Below, piece after piece: positions 26,565 to 37,794 of a stretch of DNA of 38,528 nt. The notes beneath the pieces are model-generated. The model had not been told where the DNA came from and ran no database searches. It was given only the letters and a program-made list of their open reading frames with translations. The DNA is from Thermodesulfovibrionales bacterium (lineage in GTDB: Bacteria > Nitrospirota > Thermodesulfovibrionia > Thermodesulfovibrionales > UBA9159): the NCBI GenBank assembly GCA_919901585.1, contig CAKKPH010000111.1, forward strand, positions 1 to 38,528. The letters run 5' to 3'. A program made the translations under genes and the position numbers. The stretch's first letter is position 1. The number at the start of each line of letters is the position of its first letter.

Positions 26565-29012
26565 GTGAAAAAGGGTCTTGAGTTTAAGTTAGTTATAGTC
26601 CTTGTAATGATCTTTCTTGCCGATGCTGTCGGTTTGGGGGTGCTGGCATTTTATGTCCAGATGACTGTTGTCGCTATTATCGCTGTTGTTGTTGCATCCA
26701 TACTTTTTAGCCTCCTTTTATGGATAATGCTGAGGAAGATGGTCATATACCCGCTTAAGAAGATCGAGGCTGCTGCTGCAAAGGTCTCTGAAGGCGACTT
26801 TACTTTTGGCGTTGAGATACCAACAGGAGATGAGATAGGCAGGATGAGCAGGATCTTCAAGGATTCATTGAGGTCTGTCGGGGCAGTGCTCATGAGGGTC
26901 AGGGAATTATCAGACAGGATCATGATGGTGTCAGGCAACGTCGAGAAGGAATCGAAAAAAGTTGTGCAGGCTGCAGATACAGAGAGCGAGGCAGTAACAA
27001 ATATTGCGAGTTCGGTCGAGCAGCTAAAGGCGACTGCAACAGAGATTGCCGACAATACTGAAGGCCTGGCCAGTTCCATGGAAAGCACATCCGCCTCTGT
27101 TGTGCAGATGGCCTCAAGCATCAGCAGTGTAAATGAAAACGCTAAGGAACTCTCCTTTGCTGTAGAGTCAACATCCTCCTCCATAGAGGAGCTATCCACA
27201 ACAATAAAGGAGATTGCAACAAGCACTGACGAGCTCTCAAAGGCTTCTGATGAGACCCTTTCGGCAATATCAGAAATAACCTCTTCGATCAAGGAGGTCG
27301 AGCTCAATACCAAAGAGTCTGCAAGGCTCTCTGAAAAGGTGACGAACGATGCGACTACTTACGGGATGATCTCTATTCAGAAGACCACGGAAGGCATGGA
27401 GAATATCAAAAAGGCAGTTGAACACACAGCCGGCATCATAACCCAGCTTGGCGGGAGGTCGGACGAGATAGGCAACATACTGGACGTGATAGACGAGGTG
27501 ACAGACCAGACAACGCTGCTCGCGCTTAATGCCGCCATACTCGCAGCTCAGGCAGGCGAGCACGGCAGGGGCTTTTCAGTAGTGGCTGATGAGATAAAGG
27601 ACCTTGCAGAAAGGACAGCCTTCTCGACAAAGGAGATTGCTGCACTCATAAAGGCTGTCCAGCAGGAGGTGAGGAATGCTGCCGAGGCTATGCAGGGGGG
27701 GCAGGCGCTTGTAAATGATGGCTTGAAGCTGGCGAGGGAGGCAGGAGAGGCGCTGAGGAAGATAGTCGAAAGCTCAAAAAAATCTGCTGAAATGGCTGTC
27801 TCGATCGATCGGTCGACTTCTGAGCAGTCAAAGGCGACCAGGCTTGTTACTGAGGCTATGGAGAGGGTAAGGGATATGGTCGAGCAGATAGCAAAGGCTA
27901 CAGACGAGGAAGCAGAGGGTGTCAGCCTGATAATGAAGGCCACAGAAAAGATGAGGGAGGTGTCACGGCAGGTCAGCAGGTCAACAGATGAACAGGCCCT
28001 CAGCAGCAGGCAGATAGCAGAGACAATAGAGCTTGTCTCCCAAAGAACCCAGCAGATATCGAGATCTCTCATTAACCACAAGGCCGGCACGCAATACATA
28101 TCAGAAGTCGTAGAAAAGATTAAGGTCATCCCTATAGAGAACCGTCAGCTCGCCTTCAGCATCAACAGCCTGCTCAAGAACCTGCATAAGGACTCTGAGC
28201 TGCTCGAGACCGAAACGAGGCTCTTCAAGTTCAGTGAGGAAAAGAGCGGAGTCCTCAGGTTCGGGGTAGTGCCGCTCGAGACTCCTGCCGTGATGTATAA
28301 GAGGTTCAGCCCCTTCGTCGGCTACCTGAGCAGGAAACTGGAGAAGGATATAGAGATTAAGGTCTCTGTCGATTTTGAGAGCGCTGTAAACGACATCGGC
28401 AAGGGGGTAACACAGCTCTGCTATATGACGCCGTCAACCTATATAGAGGCGCATGCCAAATATGGCGTGAGGGTAATCGTAAAGGCGCTCAGGCACGGCA
28501 GACCGAGCCACAATTCTGCGATTATAATGCGCGAAGGCTCGGATATTGAGAGTATATCAGGCCTTAAGGGGAGGACCTTTGCGTTTGGTGATGCCCGCTC
28601 AACATCAAGCCATATAATACCGAGGTCAATGCTTAAAGACGCAGGGATTGAGCTTGATGATTTAAGGTATTATAACTACCTCGGTCATCATGACGAGGTC
28701 GCAAGGGCTGTGTTAAACGGTGATTTTGATGCAGGTGCTGTTATGGGCTCTGTTGCAGAGAGGCTGCAGGACAAGGGCCTGAGGATATTGGAGTATTCAG
28801 GCGATATACCGGAATTCTGCATCTGTAGCAGCAGTCTCAGCGACGATGAGATCGGGTCAATAAGGTCAGCCGTACTTTCGCTGAATGAGGCTACTGCTGA
28901 AGGCGAGACAATACTCAGGTCAATAGATAAGGATTATAACGGCTTTGTCGATGCCAAGGACAGCGACTATGACGGGATAAGGGCAAAGATGTCGGCCCTC
29001 AATATGATCTGA
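26565..29012 (+). CDS. Methyl-accepting chemotaxis protein (2 TM, HAMP, long signalling domain) fused to a C-terminal PhnD/PtxB-like phosphate/phosphite/phosphonate-binding domain
   Basis: Two adjacent hydrophobic helices; HAMP (GDF..DEIGRM); QTTLLALNAAILAAQAGEHGRGFSVVADEI; from ~28251 LRFGVVP..P..YLS..L, LKGRTFAFGDARSTSSHIIP, GHHDEVARAVLNGDFDAG, D.DYD.IR. Confidence 0.9.
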   Translation: MKKGLEFKLVIVLVMIFLADAVGLGVLAFYVQMTVVAIIAVVVASILFSLLLWIMLRKMVIYPLKKIEAAAAKVSEGDFTFGVEIPTGDEIGRMSRIFKDSLRSVGAVLMRVRELSDRIMMVSGNVEKESKKVVQAADTESEAVTNIASSVEQLKATATEIADNTEGLASSMESTSASVVQMASSISSVNENAKELSFAVESTSSSIEELSTTIKEIATSTDELSKASDETLSAISEITSSIKEVELNTKESARLSEKVTNDATTYGMISIQKTTEGMENIKKAVEHTAGIITQLGGRSDEIGNILDVIDEVTDQTTLLALNAAILAAQAGEHGRGFSVVADEIKDLAERTAFSTKEIAALIKAVQQEVRNAAEAMQGGQALVNDGLKLAREAGEALRKIVESSKKSAEMAVSIDRSTSEQSKATRLVTEAMERVRDMVEQIAKATDEEAEGVSLIMKATEKMREVSRQVSRSTDEQALSSRQIAETIELVSQRTQQISRSLINHKAGTQYISEVVEKIKVIPIENRQLAFSINSLLKNLHKDSELLETETRLFKFSEEKSGVLRFGVVPLETPAVMYKRFSPFVGYLSRKLEKDIEIKVSVDFESAVNDIGKGVTQLCYMTPSTYIEAHAKYGVRVIVKALRHGRPSHNSAIIMREGSDIESISGLKGRTFAFGDARSTSSHIIPRSMLKDAGIELDDLRYYNYLGHHDEVARAVLNGDFDAGAVMGSVAERLQDKGLRILEYSGDIPEFCICSSSLSDDEIGSIRSAVLSLNEATAEGETILRSIDKDYNGFVDAKDSDYDGIRAKMSALNMI

Positions 29013-29017
29013 GGTTT

Positions 29018-29500
29018 ATGACTGTAATAGTTGTTAATCTTGGCGGGGACGAATTCGGCCTGCATATTTCGCGGATTGTTGAGGTGCTGGGCAGACGGAA
29101 GGTTTACCGCGTGCCTCACCTGCCTTTTTACCTTTCAGGGGTCATAAACTTAAGGGGAGAGATAATACCTCTGGTTGACCTGAGGAAAAGGTTCAATATC
29201 GAACCTGTGACAAAGAAAGAACTGATTATTGTTGTACGTGCAGGCATGAACAAGTTCGGGCTTGTTGTTGACGGCGTGAAAGAGGTGCTGAGTATGAGTG
29301 CTAATGACTTGGTGCCTCCTCCTGAGATACTAAGGGGAATAAAAACAGAATATCTTGCAGGCATAGCCAGAAAAGGTGACAGGGTAATATTAGTCCTCGA
29401 TCTCGACAAGCTGCTGACACCGGATGAGCTATCAGAGATAAAGAAGGCTGTGAGTACAGGCTTGATTGAGGATTCAGGAGGCGAAGAATCTTATGGATGA
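29018..29500 (+). CDS. cheW: CheW
   Basis: FGLHI..IVEV, VP..P.YLSGVINLRGEIIPLVDLRKRF, GLVVDGV. Confidence 0.92.
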   Translation: MTVIVVNLGGDEFGLHISRIVEVLGRRKVYRVPHLPFYLSGVINLRGEIIPLVDLRKRFNIEPVTKKELIIVVRAGMNKFGLVVDGVKEVLSMSANDLVPPPEILRGIKTEYLAGIARKGDRVILVLDLDKLLTPDELSEIKKAVSTGLIEDSGGEESYG

Positions 29501-31442
29501 CAATGAAATAGAGATCCGCAGAAAGGCTGTCGAGGAGCTTAAGGGCATGCCGGCCGGCCCGGCCATTCCCTTACTTATCAGGGCGATGGAGGATACGGGC
29601 TGGAGGGTAAGGAAGACAGCAGCAATGATTATAGAGGACTACCCTCTTGTCCTCTGCATTGAGGGCCTAATAAGCCTGCTTTATCTGAGCAACAATGCAG
29701 GTGCGAGGAACACGGCGATAGAGGTGTTGACTAAGACAGGGAAAGAAGCGATCCCCTATCTTATCAAGGCATACGGCTCCCGTGATGCGGATGTCAGGAA
29801 ATCCATTGTCGACATAGCCGGAAACATAAAAGACAAGAAAACAATGCCTCTTTTACTTGCAGCGCTGAAAGACGAAGATGAGAATATAAAGGCCTCTGCG
29901 GTTGAAGCGCTCGGCTATCTCGATGAACCTGAGGTTGTCGATATCCTGATAGGGGTGCTGAAGGGCGGTGACCTCTGGACAGCCTTCCCTGCTGCTGCCG
30001 CCTTAGGGAGGACTGGAAGCAAGCAGGCAGTGCCTGCGCTTCTGGATGCGCTCTCAGTGAGGGCATTAAGAGAGCCTGTCCTTAATGCCCTCGGACGCCT
30101 GTCTGATGCTGAAACTCTTGACCGGGTAGTCCGGTTCCTTGATGATCCTTCCTTATCTATTCAGGAAGAAGCCCTGCTCGCAATAGAGATGTTTTATCAT
30201 AACAATATTCCGTCTGAGGGCATAACTGCATCACTTAAGAGGGTCTGCGGCAAGGATGCGCTTGACAGGCTGACAAGACACCTCTTTAGCAAGAGGAACG
30301 AAGTAAAGACCACAGCAATATTAATGCTCGGGCTTATGCAGTACTGTGAGTCGATCGGCAAGATGCTTGAGCTTTATGCTGATGAGTACCTGCATAATGA
30401 TATGTTGAGGGCCCTTATGTATATGGGCCAAAACAATCCTAAGTGCCTAATACCATACTTTGAGGGCGATAACCATGATGTGAGGCGATTTGTCATCAGC
30501 GTGGCAGCGAAGGTCGCATCGCCTGTTTATTACAGGCTCTTCAGGAATATGCTGACTGACAGTGATGGCCATATAAGGGCCATTGCTGCAATAGGACTCT
30601 CAAGAACAGGAGGGGGAAAAGCGATAAAACAGCTCTGGAGTTTGCTCTCAGACCCATTCCCAGATGTTCAGGATGCCGCAGTAACTGCACTCGGCAGTCT
30701 CAAAGACGGTCTGAAGGTGGAAGACCTCATAAAATATTTAAAAGACAATAACCCTTATGTCAGAAAAAATGCTGCCCTCCTGATAGGCAGGACAGGTGCA
30801 CTGAGCGCAATAAATGCCCTCGGTTTTGCCCTCAAGGATGAAGATGTGTCTGTAAGGAGGGCGGTTGTGGAGGCGCTCTCGAACATAAAAATAGAAGAGT
30901 CATCAGACCTCCTGACCCTTGCTTTAACTGACGAAAAACCTGAGATAAGGGCTGCTGCCGCACTAAGCCTTGGAAATGTCGCCGGCCGGGCAGCCCTTGA
31001 GACCCTTGCCCTGCTCTTGAAGGACCCGGACGACAATGTGCGTGTTGCATCAGCCCGGTCACTCGGCGTACTAAACGACAAAAGGGCTGTCAGTTTCCTC
31101 GTCGTCATGCTCAGCGACCCGAACGGGTTTGTTGTGACAAGTGCCATGGATTCCCTCAGCAGGATAGGAGGGGTTGAGGCGAGGGAGGCACTTAAGAAGA
31201 TGCTCAGCTCTGATGACAAAGAGATCAGGAGGACAGCGATTAAATCCCTTTCGCCATTTGACGGCATCGAAGATCTTTTACTGCCATACCTTAAAGACCC
31301 TGACTGGGCGACCCGCATTGCAGCACTCGAGGCACTCAGCAGCCGCAGGAATGAAAAGGTGCTGTCAGAAGTAAGAGACCTCCTGCATTCTGAGGATGAG
31401 CATCTGGTCAAAAAAACGATAAGAGAACTGTTTGATGTTTAA
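29466..31442 (+). CDS. HEAT/PBS-lyase repeat protein
   Basis: Many ~31-aa repeats of the form L..AL.D.D..VR..A..ALG; start is TTG 29466 or ATG 29493. Confidence 0.92.
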   Translation: MRIQEAKNLMDDNEIEIRRKAVEELKGMPAGPAIPLLIRAMEDTGWRVRKTAAMIIEDYPLVLCIEGLISLLYLSNNAGARNTAIEVLTKTGKEAIPYLIKAYGSRDADVRKSIVDIAGNIKDKKTMPLLLAALKDEDENIKASAVEALGYLDEPEVVDILIGVLKGGDLWTAFPAAAALGRTGSKQAVPALLDALSVRALREPVLNALGRLSDAETLDRVVRFLDDPSLSIQEEALLAIEMFYHNNIPSEGITASLKRVCGKDALDRLTRHLFSKRNEVKTTAILMLGLMQYCESIGKMLELYADEYLHNDMLRALMYMGQNNPKCLIPYFEGDNHDVRRFVISVAAKVASPVYYRLFRNMLTDSDGHIRAIAAIGLSRTGGGKAIKQLWSLLSDPFPDVQDAAVTALGSLKDGLKVEDLIKYLKDNNPYVRKNAALLIGRTGALSAINALGFALKDEDVSVRRAVVEALSNIKIEESSDLLTLALTDEKPEIRAAAALSLGNVAGRAALETLALLLKDPDDNVRVASARSLGVLNDKRAVSFLVVMLSDPNGFVVTSAMDSLSRIGGVEAREALKKMLSSDDKEIRRTAIKSLSPFDGIEDLLLPYLKDPDWATRIAALEALSSRRNEKVLSEVRDLLHSEDEHLVKKTIRELFDV

Positions 31443-32310
31443 TAAAGACTCTCTTTACAGCGATAACATACCGCTTAGTGATGAAGTATTTGCGCTCATA
31501 AGAGACCTTATAAAGGACTACTGCGGTATTTTTTTTGATGAAAATTCGAAGTATCTCCTCGAAGGCAGGCTCTCGAGGAGACTAAAGGCGCTCTATATCA
31601 CCGACTTCAGGGATTACTACAGATTCCTGCTTTATGACAGGAAAAGGGAAGAGGAGCTCACGGCTATAATCGACCTCCTGACTGTGAATGAGACCTATTT
31701 TTTCAGGGAGCAGAACCAGCTGACGGCCTTCAGCAAAGAGATCCTGCCTGAGCTTAGGGATAAGAACAGGCAGAAGAAGAGACTCAGGATCTGGTCTGCC
31801 GGCTGCTCAACAGGAGAGGAGCCGTATACTATCGCAATGCTGATCCTTGAGTCAGGCCTGATGCAGGGTTGGGAAATCAACATCCTCGGAAGCGATATAA
31901 ACCAGAGGGTTTTGACTGCCGCAAGGCGCGGGGCATACCGCATGAACTCTTTCAGGACTACAGAGAACTATTATATTAAGAAGTATTTCGGTGAAACGGA
32001 CGGTCTGCACCTTGTAAAAGATGACCTGAAAAACCTTGTGAGCTTCAGCTATACTAACCTGCTTGACCCGGTAAGGATAAGGCTTGTAGAGCAGATGGAT
32101 GTGATCTTCTGCAGGAATGTCATGATTTATTTTAATATCGATACACGCAGGAAGGTTATTGACAATTTTTATGACCGTCTTGTTCCAGGAGGCTACATGC
32201 TCTTGGGCCATGCAGAATCTCTTATGAACATCTCCGCAGCTTTCAGCTTAAGGCACCTGAAGTATGACATGGTTTATCAGAAGCCGGACATGCAGGAGCA
32301 ATATAGATGA
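31435..32310 (+). CDS. cheR: Chemotaxis protein methyltransferase CheR
   Basis: LTVNETYFFRE, IWSAGCSTGEEPYT, GSDIN, DVIFCRNVMIYF, LGHAES. Confidence 0.96.
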   Translation: MFNKDSLYSDNIPLSDEVFALIRDLIKDYCGIFFDENSKYLLEGRLSRRLKALYITDFRDYYRFLLYDRKREEELTAIIDLLTVNETYFFREQNQLTAFSKEILPELRDKNRQKKRLRIWSAGCSTGEEPYTIAMLILESGLMQGWEINILGSDINQRVLTAARRGAYRMNSFRTTENYYIKKYFGETDGLHLVKDDLKNLVSFSYTNLLDPVRIRLVEQMDVIFCRNVMIYFNIDTRRKVIDNFYDRLVPGGYMLLGHAESLMNISAAFSLRHLKYDMVYQKPDMQEQYR

Positions 32311-33425
32311 AGAGGAATGTCCGTGTCCTTGTAGTTGACGATTCTGCTTATACCAGACAGGCGATCAAGGGGATGCTCGAAACAGACCCAGACATTGAGG
32401 TCATCGGTATTGCCCGCAACGGACTCGAGGCCATAGGAAAGGTCAAAGAGCTCAACCCTGATGTGATTACCCTTGATTTTGAGATGCCGGGGATGGACGG
32501 TTTCAGTTTTCTCAGATGGCTTATGAGGGAGAAGCCGACTCCTGTTATAATGATAAGCTCACACTCTGGTTCGAAGACAGTATTCATGGCACTCGAATTG
32601 GGAGCTGCTGATTTTGTAACAAAGCCTACCGGAACTGCCTCTGGGCTTAACCGCATCCAGGGTGAGCTTTTGGAAAAGGTGAGGGGCATAAAAGACCTGA
32701 GGCTCGACAGGGTATTGGCATTCAGGGATATGATACGGCAGCCTGAGAAAGACATTGAAGTTACATATCCGGCGTTGCCTGCCGTTTCTCTAAGTGATAT
32801 GCATGTTGTCGCAATAGGCTCATCAACCGGAGGGCCGGCTGCCCTGCAGGTCATACTCTCAAAACTGAAGGCTGACCTCCCATCCGGCATTGTGATAAGC
32901 CAGCACATGCCGAAGGGCTTTACAGAGCCTTTTGCAGAAAGGCTCGACAGGCTCTCCCAGATAAGGGTCAAAGAGGCTGAAGACGGGGATCTGCTCGATT
33001 ATGGGACAGCATACATATGCCCGGGCGGCTCCCACCTACTGATAAGAAGGCAGGCCGGCAGGTATTGCGTCAACCTTAAAGATCCATCTGAGGATGACAG
33101 ATATATCCCTTCAGTGGATTTAATGATGAGGTCTGTGGCACAGAATTTCGGACCCCGCTCCATTGGTATTATACTTACAGGCATGGGGAATGACGGCACG
33201 GACGGTATAGTTGAGATAAAAAATAATGGCGGTTATACTATAACCGAATCCGAATCAACTGCGGTTGTGTTTGGCATGCCGAATGAGGCGTTCAAGACCG
33301 GACGTGTTGATATGGTTCTTCCAGTTGACAGGATATCTGACGAGATAATGAGGTCAGTAAGCTCTCTGGCAGATAAAAATAAGCGTAAACCCCGTAAGAA
33401 AGCCTTAGACTTTCTAACGGGGTAA
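32307..33425 (+). CDS. cheB: Chemotaxis methylesterase/deamidase CheB (REC + methylesterase)
   Basis: REC domain; IGSSTGGP, QHMP, PSVD, LTGMGNDG, VFGMP. Confidence 0.96.
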   Translation: MKRNVRVLVVDDSAYTRQAIKGMLETDPDIEVIGIARNGLEAIGKVKELNPDVITLDFEMPGMDGFSFLRWLMREKPTPVIMISSHSGSKTVFMALELGAADFVTKPTGTASGLNRIQGELLEKVRGIKDLRLDRVLAFRDMIRQPEKDIEVTYPALPAVSLSDMHVVAIGSSTGGPAALQVILSKLKADLPSGIVISQHMPKGFTEPFAERLDRLSQIRVKEAEDGDLLDYGTAYICPGGSHLLIRRQAGRYCVNLKDPSEDDRYIPSVDLMMRSVAQNFGPRSIGIILTGMGNDGTDGIVEIKNNGGYTITESESTAVVFGMPNEAFKTGRVDMVLPVDRISDEIMRSVSSLADKNKRKPRKKALDFLTG

Positions 33426-33437
33426 AAGGGAGACTTG

Positions 33438-33806
33438 ATGAAAAACATTCTGGTTGTTGAGGACTCGCCTACTATGAGGCAGCTTATAACCTTCACTGTA
33501 AAGAGGATTGCAGATACCAATGTGATAGAGGCAAAAGACGGTGTCGAGGCCCTTAAGAAGATAACATCAGAGAAGATAGACCTTATACTTGCGGACATAA
33601 ACATGCCTGTAATGGACGGGCTTAAGCTTGTGGGCCTTATAAAGAACAACCCTGATTTTAAGAACATACCTGTGATTATGATAACGACCGAAGGTGCGAA
33701 AGAGGACAGGGAAAGGGCTATTAAAATAGGGGCTGATGCATACCTTTCAAAACCGATCCAGACTCAGGAACTTATCAGGATGGTGAACAGTTTTGTCGGT
33801 TCTTAG
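33438..33806 (+). CDS. cheY: Single-domain response regulator, CheY-like
   Basis: ILVVEDS, DLILADINMP, IMITTE, YLSKPI. Confidence 0.88.
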   Translation: MKNILVVEDSPTMRQLITFTVKRIADTNVIEAKDGVEALKKITSEKIDLILADINMPVMDGLKLVGLIKNNPDFKNIPVIMITTEGAKEDRERAIKIGADAYLSKPIQTQELIRMVNSFVGS

Positions 33807-34830
33807 CCGGATAGCCTGCCTTTAATTGCCCGCATGCAGCAAGTATGTCCTGCCCCTTGCTCTTCCTTATGATCGCTGTCAGGTTCCCTTTGATGAGCAG
33901 GTCCTGGAATCTGAGAACAGAGGCGTCATCAGGCCGCCTGAACCCTGAGCCTTCATAGGGATTAAAGGGGATGAGGTTTACCTTTGAGGGTATTCCCCTC
34001 AGGAGTTTGACGAGCCTCTCTGCATCCTCCAATTTGTCATTGATATCCTTCAGCATGACATATTCGAAGGTTATTCTCCTGCTGGGTTCAAGGGGGAACT
34101 TCCTGCATGCATCGAGAAGCGGCCTGAGCGGATATTTCCTGTTGATCGGCATAAGCCTGTCTCTAACCGCATCTGTTGTCGCATTCAGGGATACAGCGAG
34201 GTTGACATGCGGCGCATTATCGTACAGCTTGAGTATCCCGGGCACGACCCCTGAGGTAGAAACAGTTATCCTCCTCTTGGATATCTTCATAAGCCCGGTC
34301 ATGCGCCATAAGGCCTCTGACACTTCATTGAGGTTTGTGAGCGGTTCTCCCATGCCCATGAAGACAATATTTATGACCTTAGTATCAGACGGGAGGAGCC
34401 TGTTTATTGATATGACCTGATCTATTATTTCATGGGCTTTAAGGTCTCTCCTGATCTTGAGCTTCCCTGTCAGGCAGAACCTGCAGTCCATAGCGCAGCC
34501 GGCCTGTGATGAGATACAGAGTGTCAGCCGGTCTTTGTCGGATATGAGTACGCTCTCTATAGTCTCACTATCCTCAAGCCCGAAGAGGAATTTCTCTGTG
34601 CCGTCTTCTGACCTCTGTTTATCGAGCAGGTCTATATTGCTTATAAATGCAGTCTCAGAGAGCCTTTCCCTCAGACCCTTCGAGAATTCGGTGATGCTGT
34701 CTATTGATCTTGCGCATTTTTCATAAATCCAGTGAAGAAGCTGCCTTGCCCTGAATAAAGGCAGGCCCAATCCCGTGACAAAGGATTCTATCCCCACAAT
34801 CGAAAGGGCCTTGAGATCTATTCTCTGCAT
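33775..34830 (-). CDS. rlmN: 23S rRNA m2A2503/tRNA methyltransferase RlmN
   Basis: CISSQAGCAMDCRFC, FMGMGEP, VSTSG, VNLIPFN, AACGQL. Confidence 0.95.
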   Translation of the reverse strand: MQRIDLKALSIVGIESFVTGLGLPLFRARQLLHWIYEKCARSIDSITEFSKGLRERLSETAFISNIDLLDKQRSEDGTEKFLFGLEDSETIESVLISDKDRLTLCISSQAGCAMDCRFCLTGKLKIRRDLKAHEIIDQVISINRLLPSDTKVINIVFMGMGEPLTNLNEVSEALWRMTGLMKISKRRITVSTSGVVPGILKLYDNAPHVNLAVSLNATTDAVRDRLMPINRKYPLRPLLDACRKFPLEPSRRITFEYVMLKDINDKLEDAERLVKLLRGIPSKVNLIPFNPYEGSGFRRPDDASVLRFQDLLIKGNLTAIIRKSKGQDILAACGQLKAGYPAKNRQNCSPS

Positions 34831-34861
34831 TTATGCCGGATAAAGAGGTATACGGCTCCGC

Positions 34862-37319
<2,458 letters not shown>

Positions 37320-37395
37320 TGGTATAACCTCCTTTGAAAAGAATCATTTAGTTTAAATAATTTCAGAAAAAAATTAAAGCATAAAATTTTAGCCC

Positions 37396-37794
37396 TTAGT
37401 CCCGGATTATCTTGACAGCCACCCTCCTGTGCCTCGGGCCGTCGAACTCACAGAAGTAAACTGCCTGCCAGGTCCCGAGCAGGAGCCTGCCGTCTTCTAT
37501 AAGGGCGGTCGTTGAGACGCCGACAAGCGTAGACTTTATATGCGCGTCAGAGTTGCCTTCCTTGTGCTGATAGTCCGACTCAAAGGGTATGAGCCGCTCA
37601 AGCGCCCTCTGGATATCATGGTGCACAGAGGGGTCTGCTCCTTCATTGATCGTTATGGCGGCGGTTGTATGCGGGGTGTATATATAGCATAGACCGCTCT
37701 TGATGCCTTCCTCCCTGATTATCTCGTGGACCTTCTCGGTGATGTCTACAAATTCATTCCGCATCTTGCTTTTCACATTCAGATACCTGATCAT
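37396..37794 (-). CDS. yjbQ: YjbQ/UPF0047 family protein
   Basis: PHTTAAITINE.ADP, HKEGNSDAHIKS, LGTWQ..YF.EFDGPR. Confidence 0.92.
   Translation of the reverse strand: MIRYLNVKSKMRNEFVDITEKVHEIIREEGIKSGLCYIYTPHTTAAITINEGADPSVHHDIQRALERLIPFESDYQHKEGNSDAHIKSTLVGVSTTALIEDGRLLLGTWQAVYFCEFDGPRHRRVAVKIIRD

Noticed and set aside
26651-28129. Long antisense ORFs (e.g. 26651-27313, 27548-28129, 30755-31411, 32348-32971, 3100-3708)
   Set aside because: Shadow ORFs opposite well-supported genes, with Ser/Ile/Phe-rich composition and no motifs
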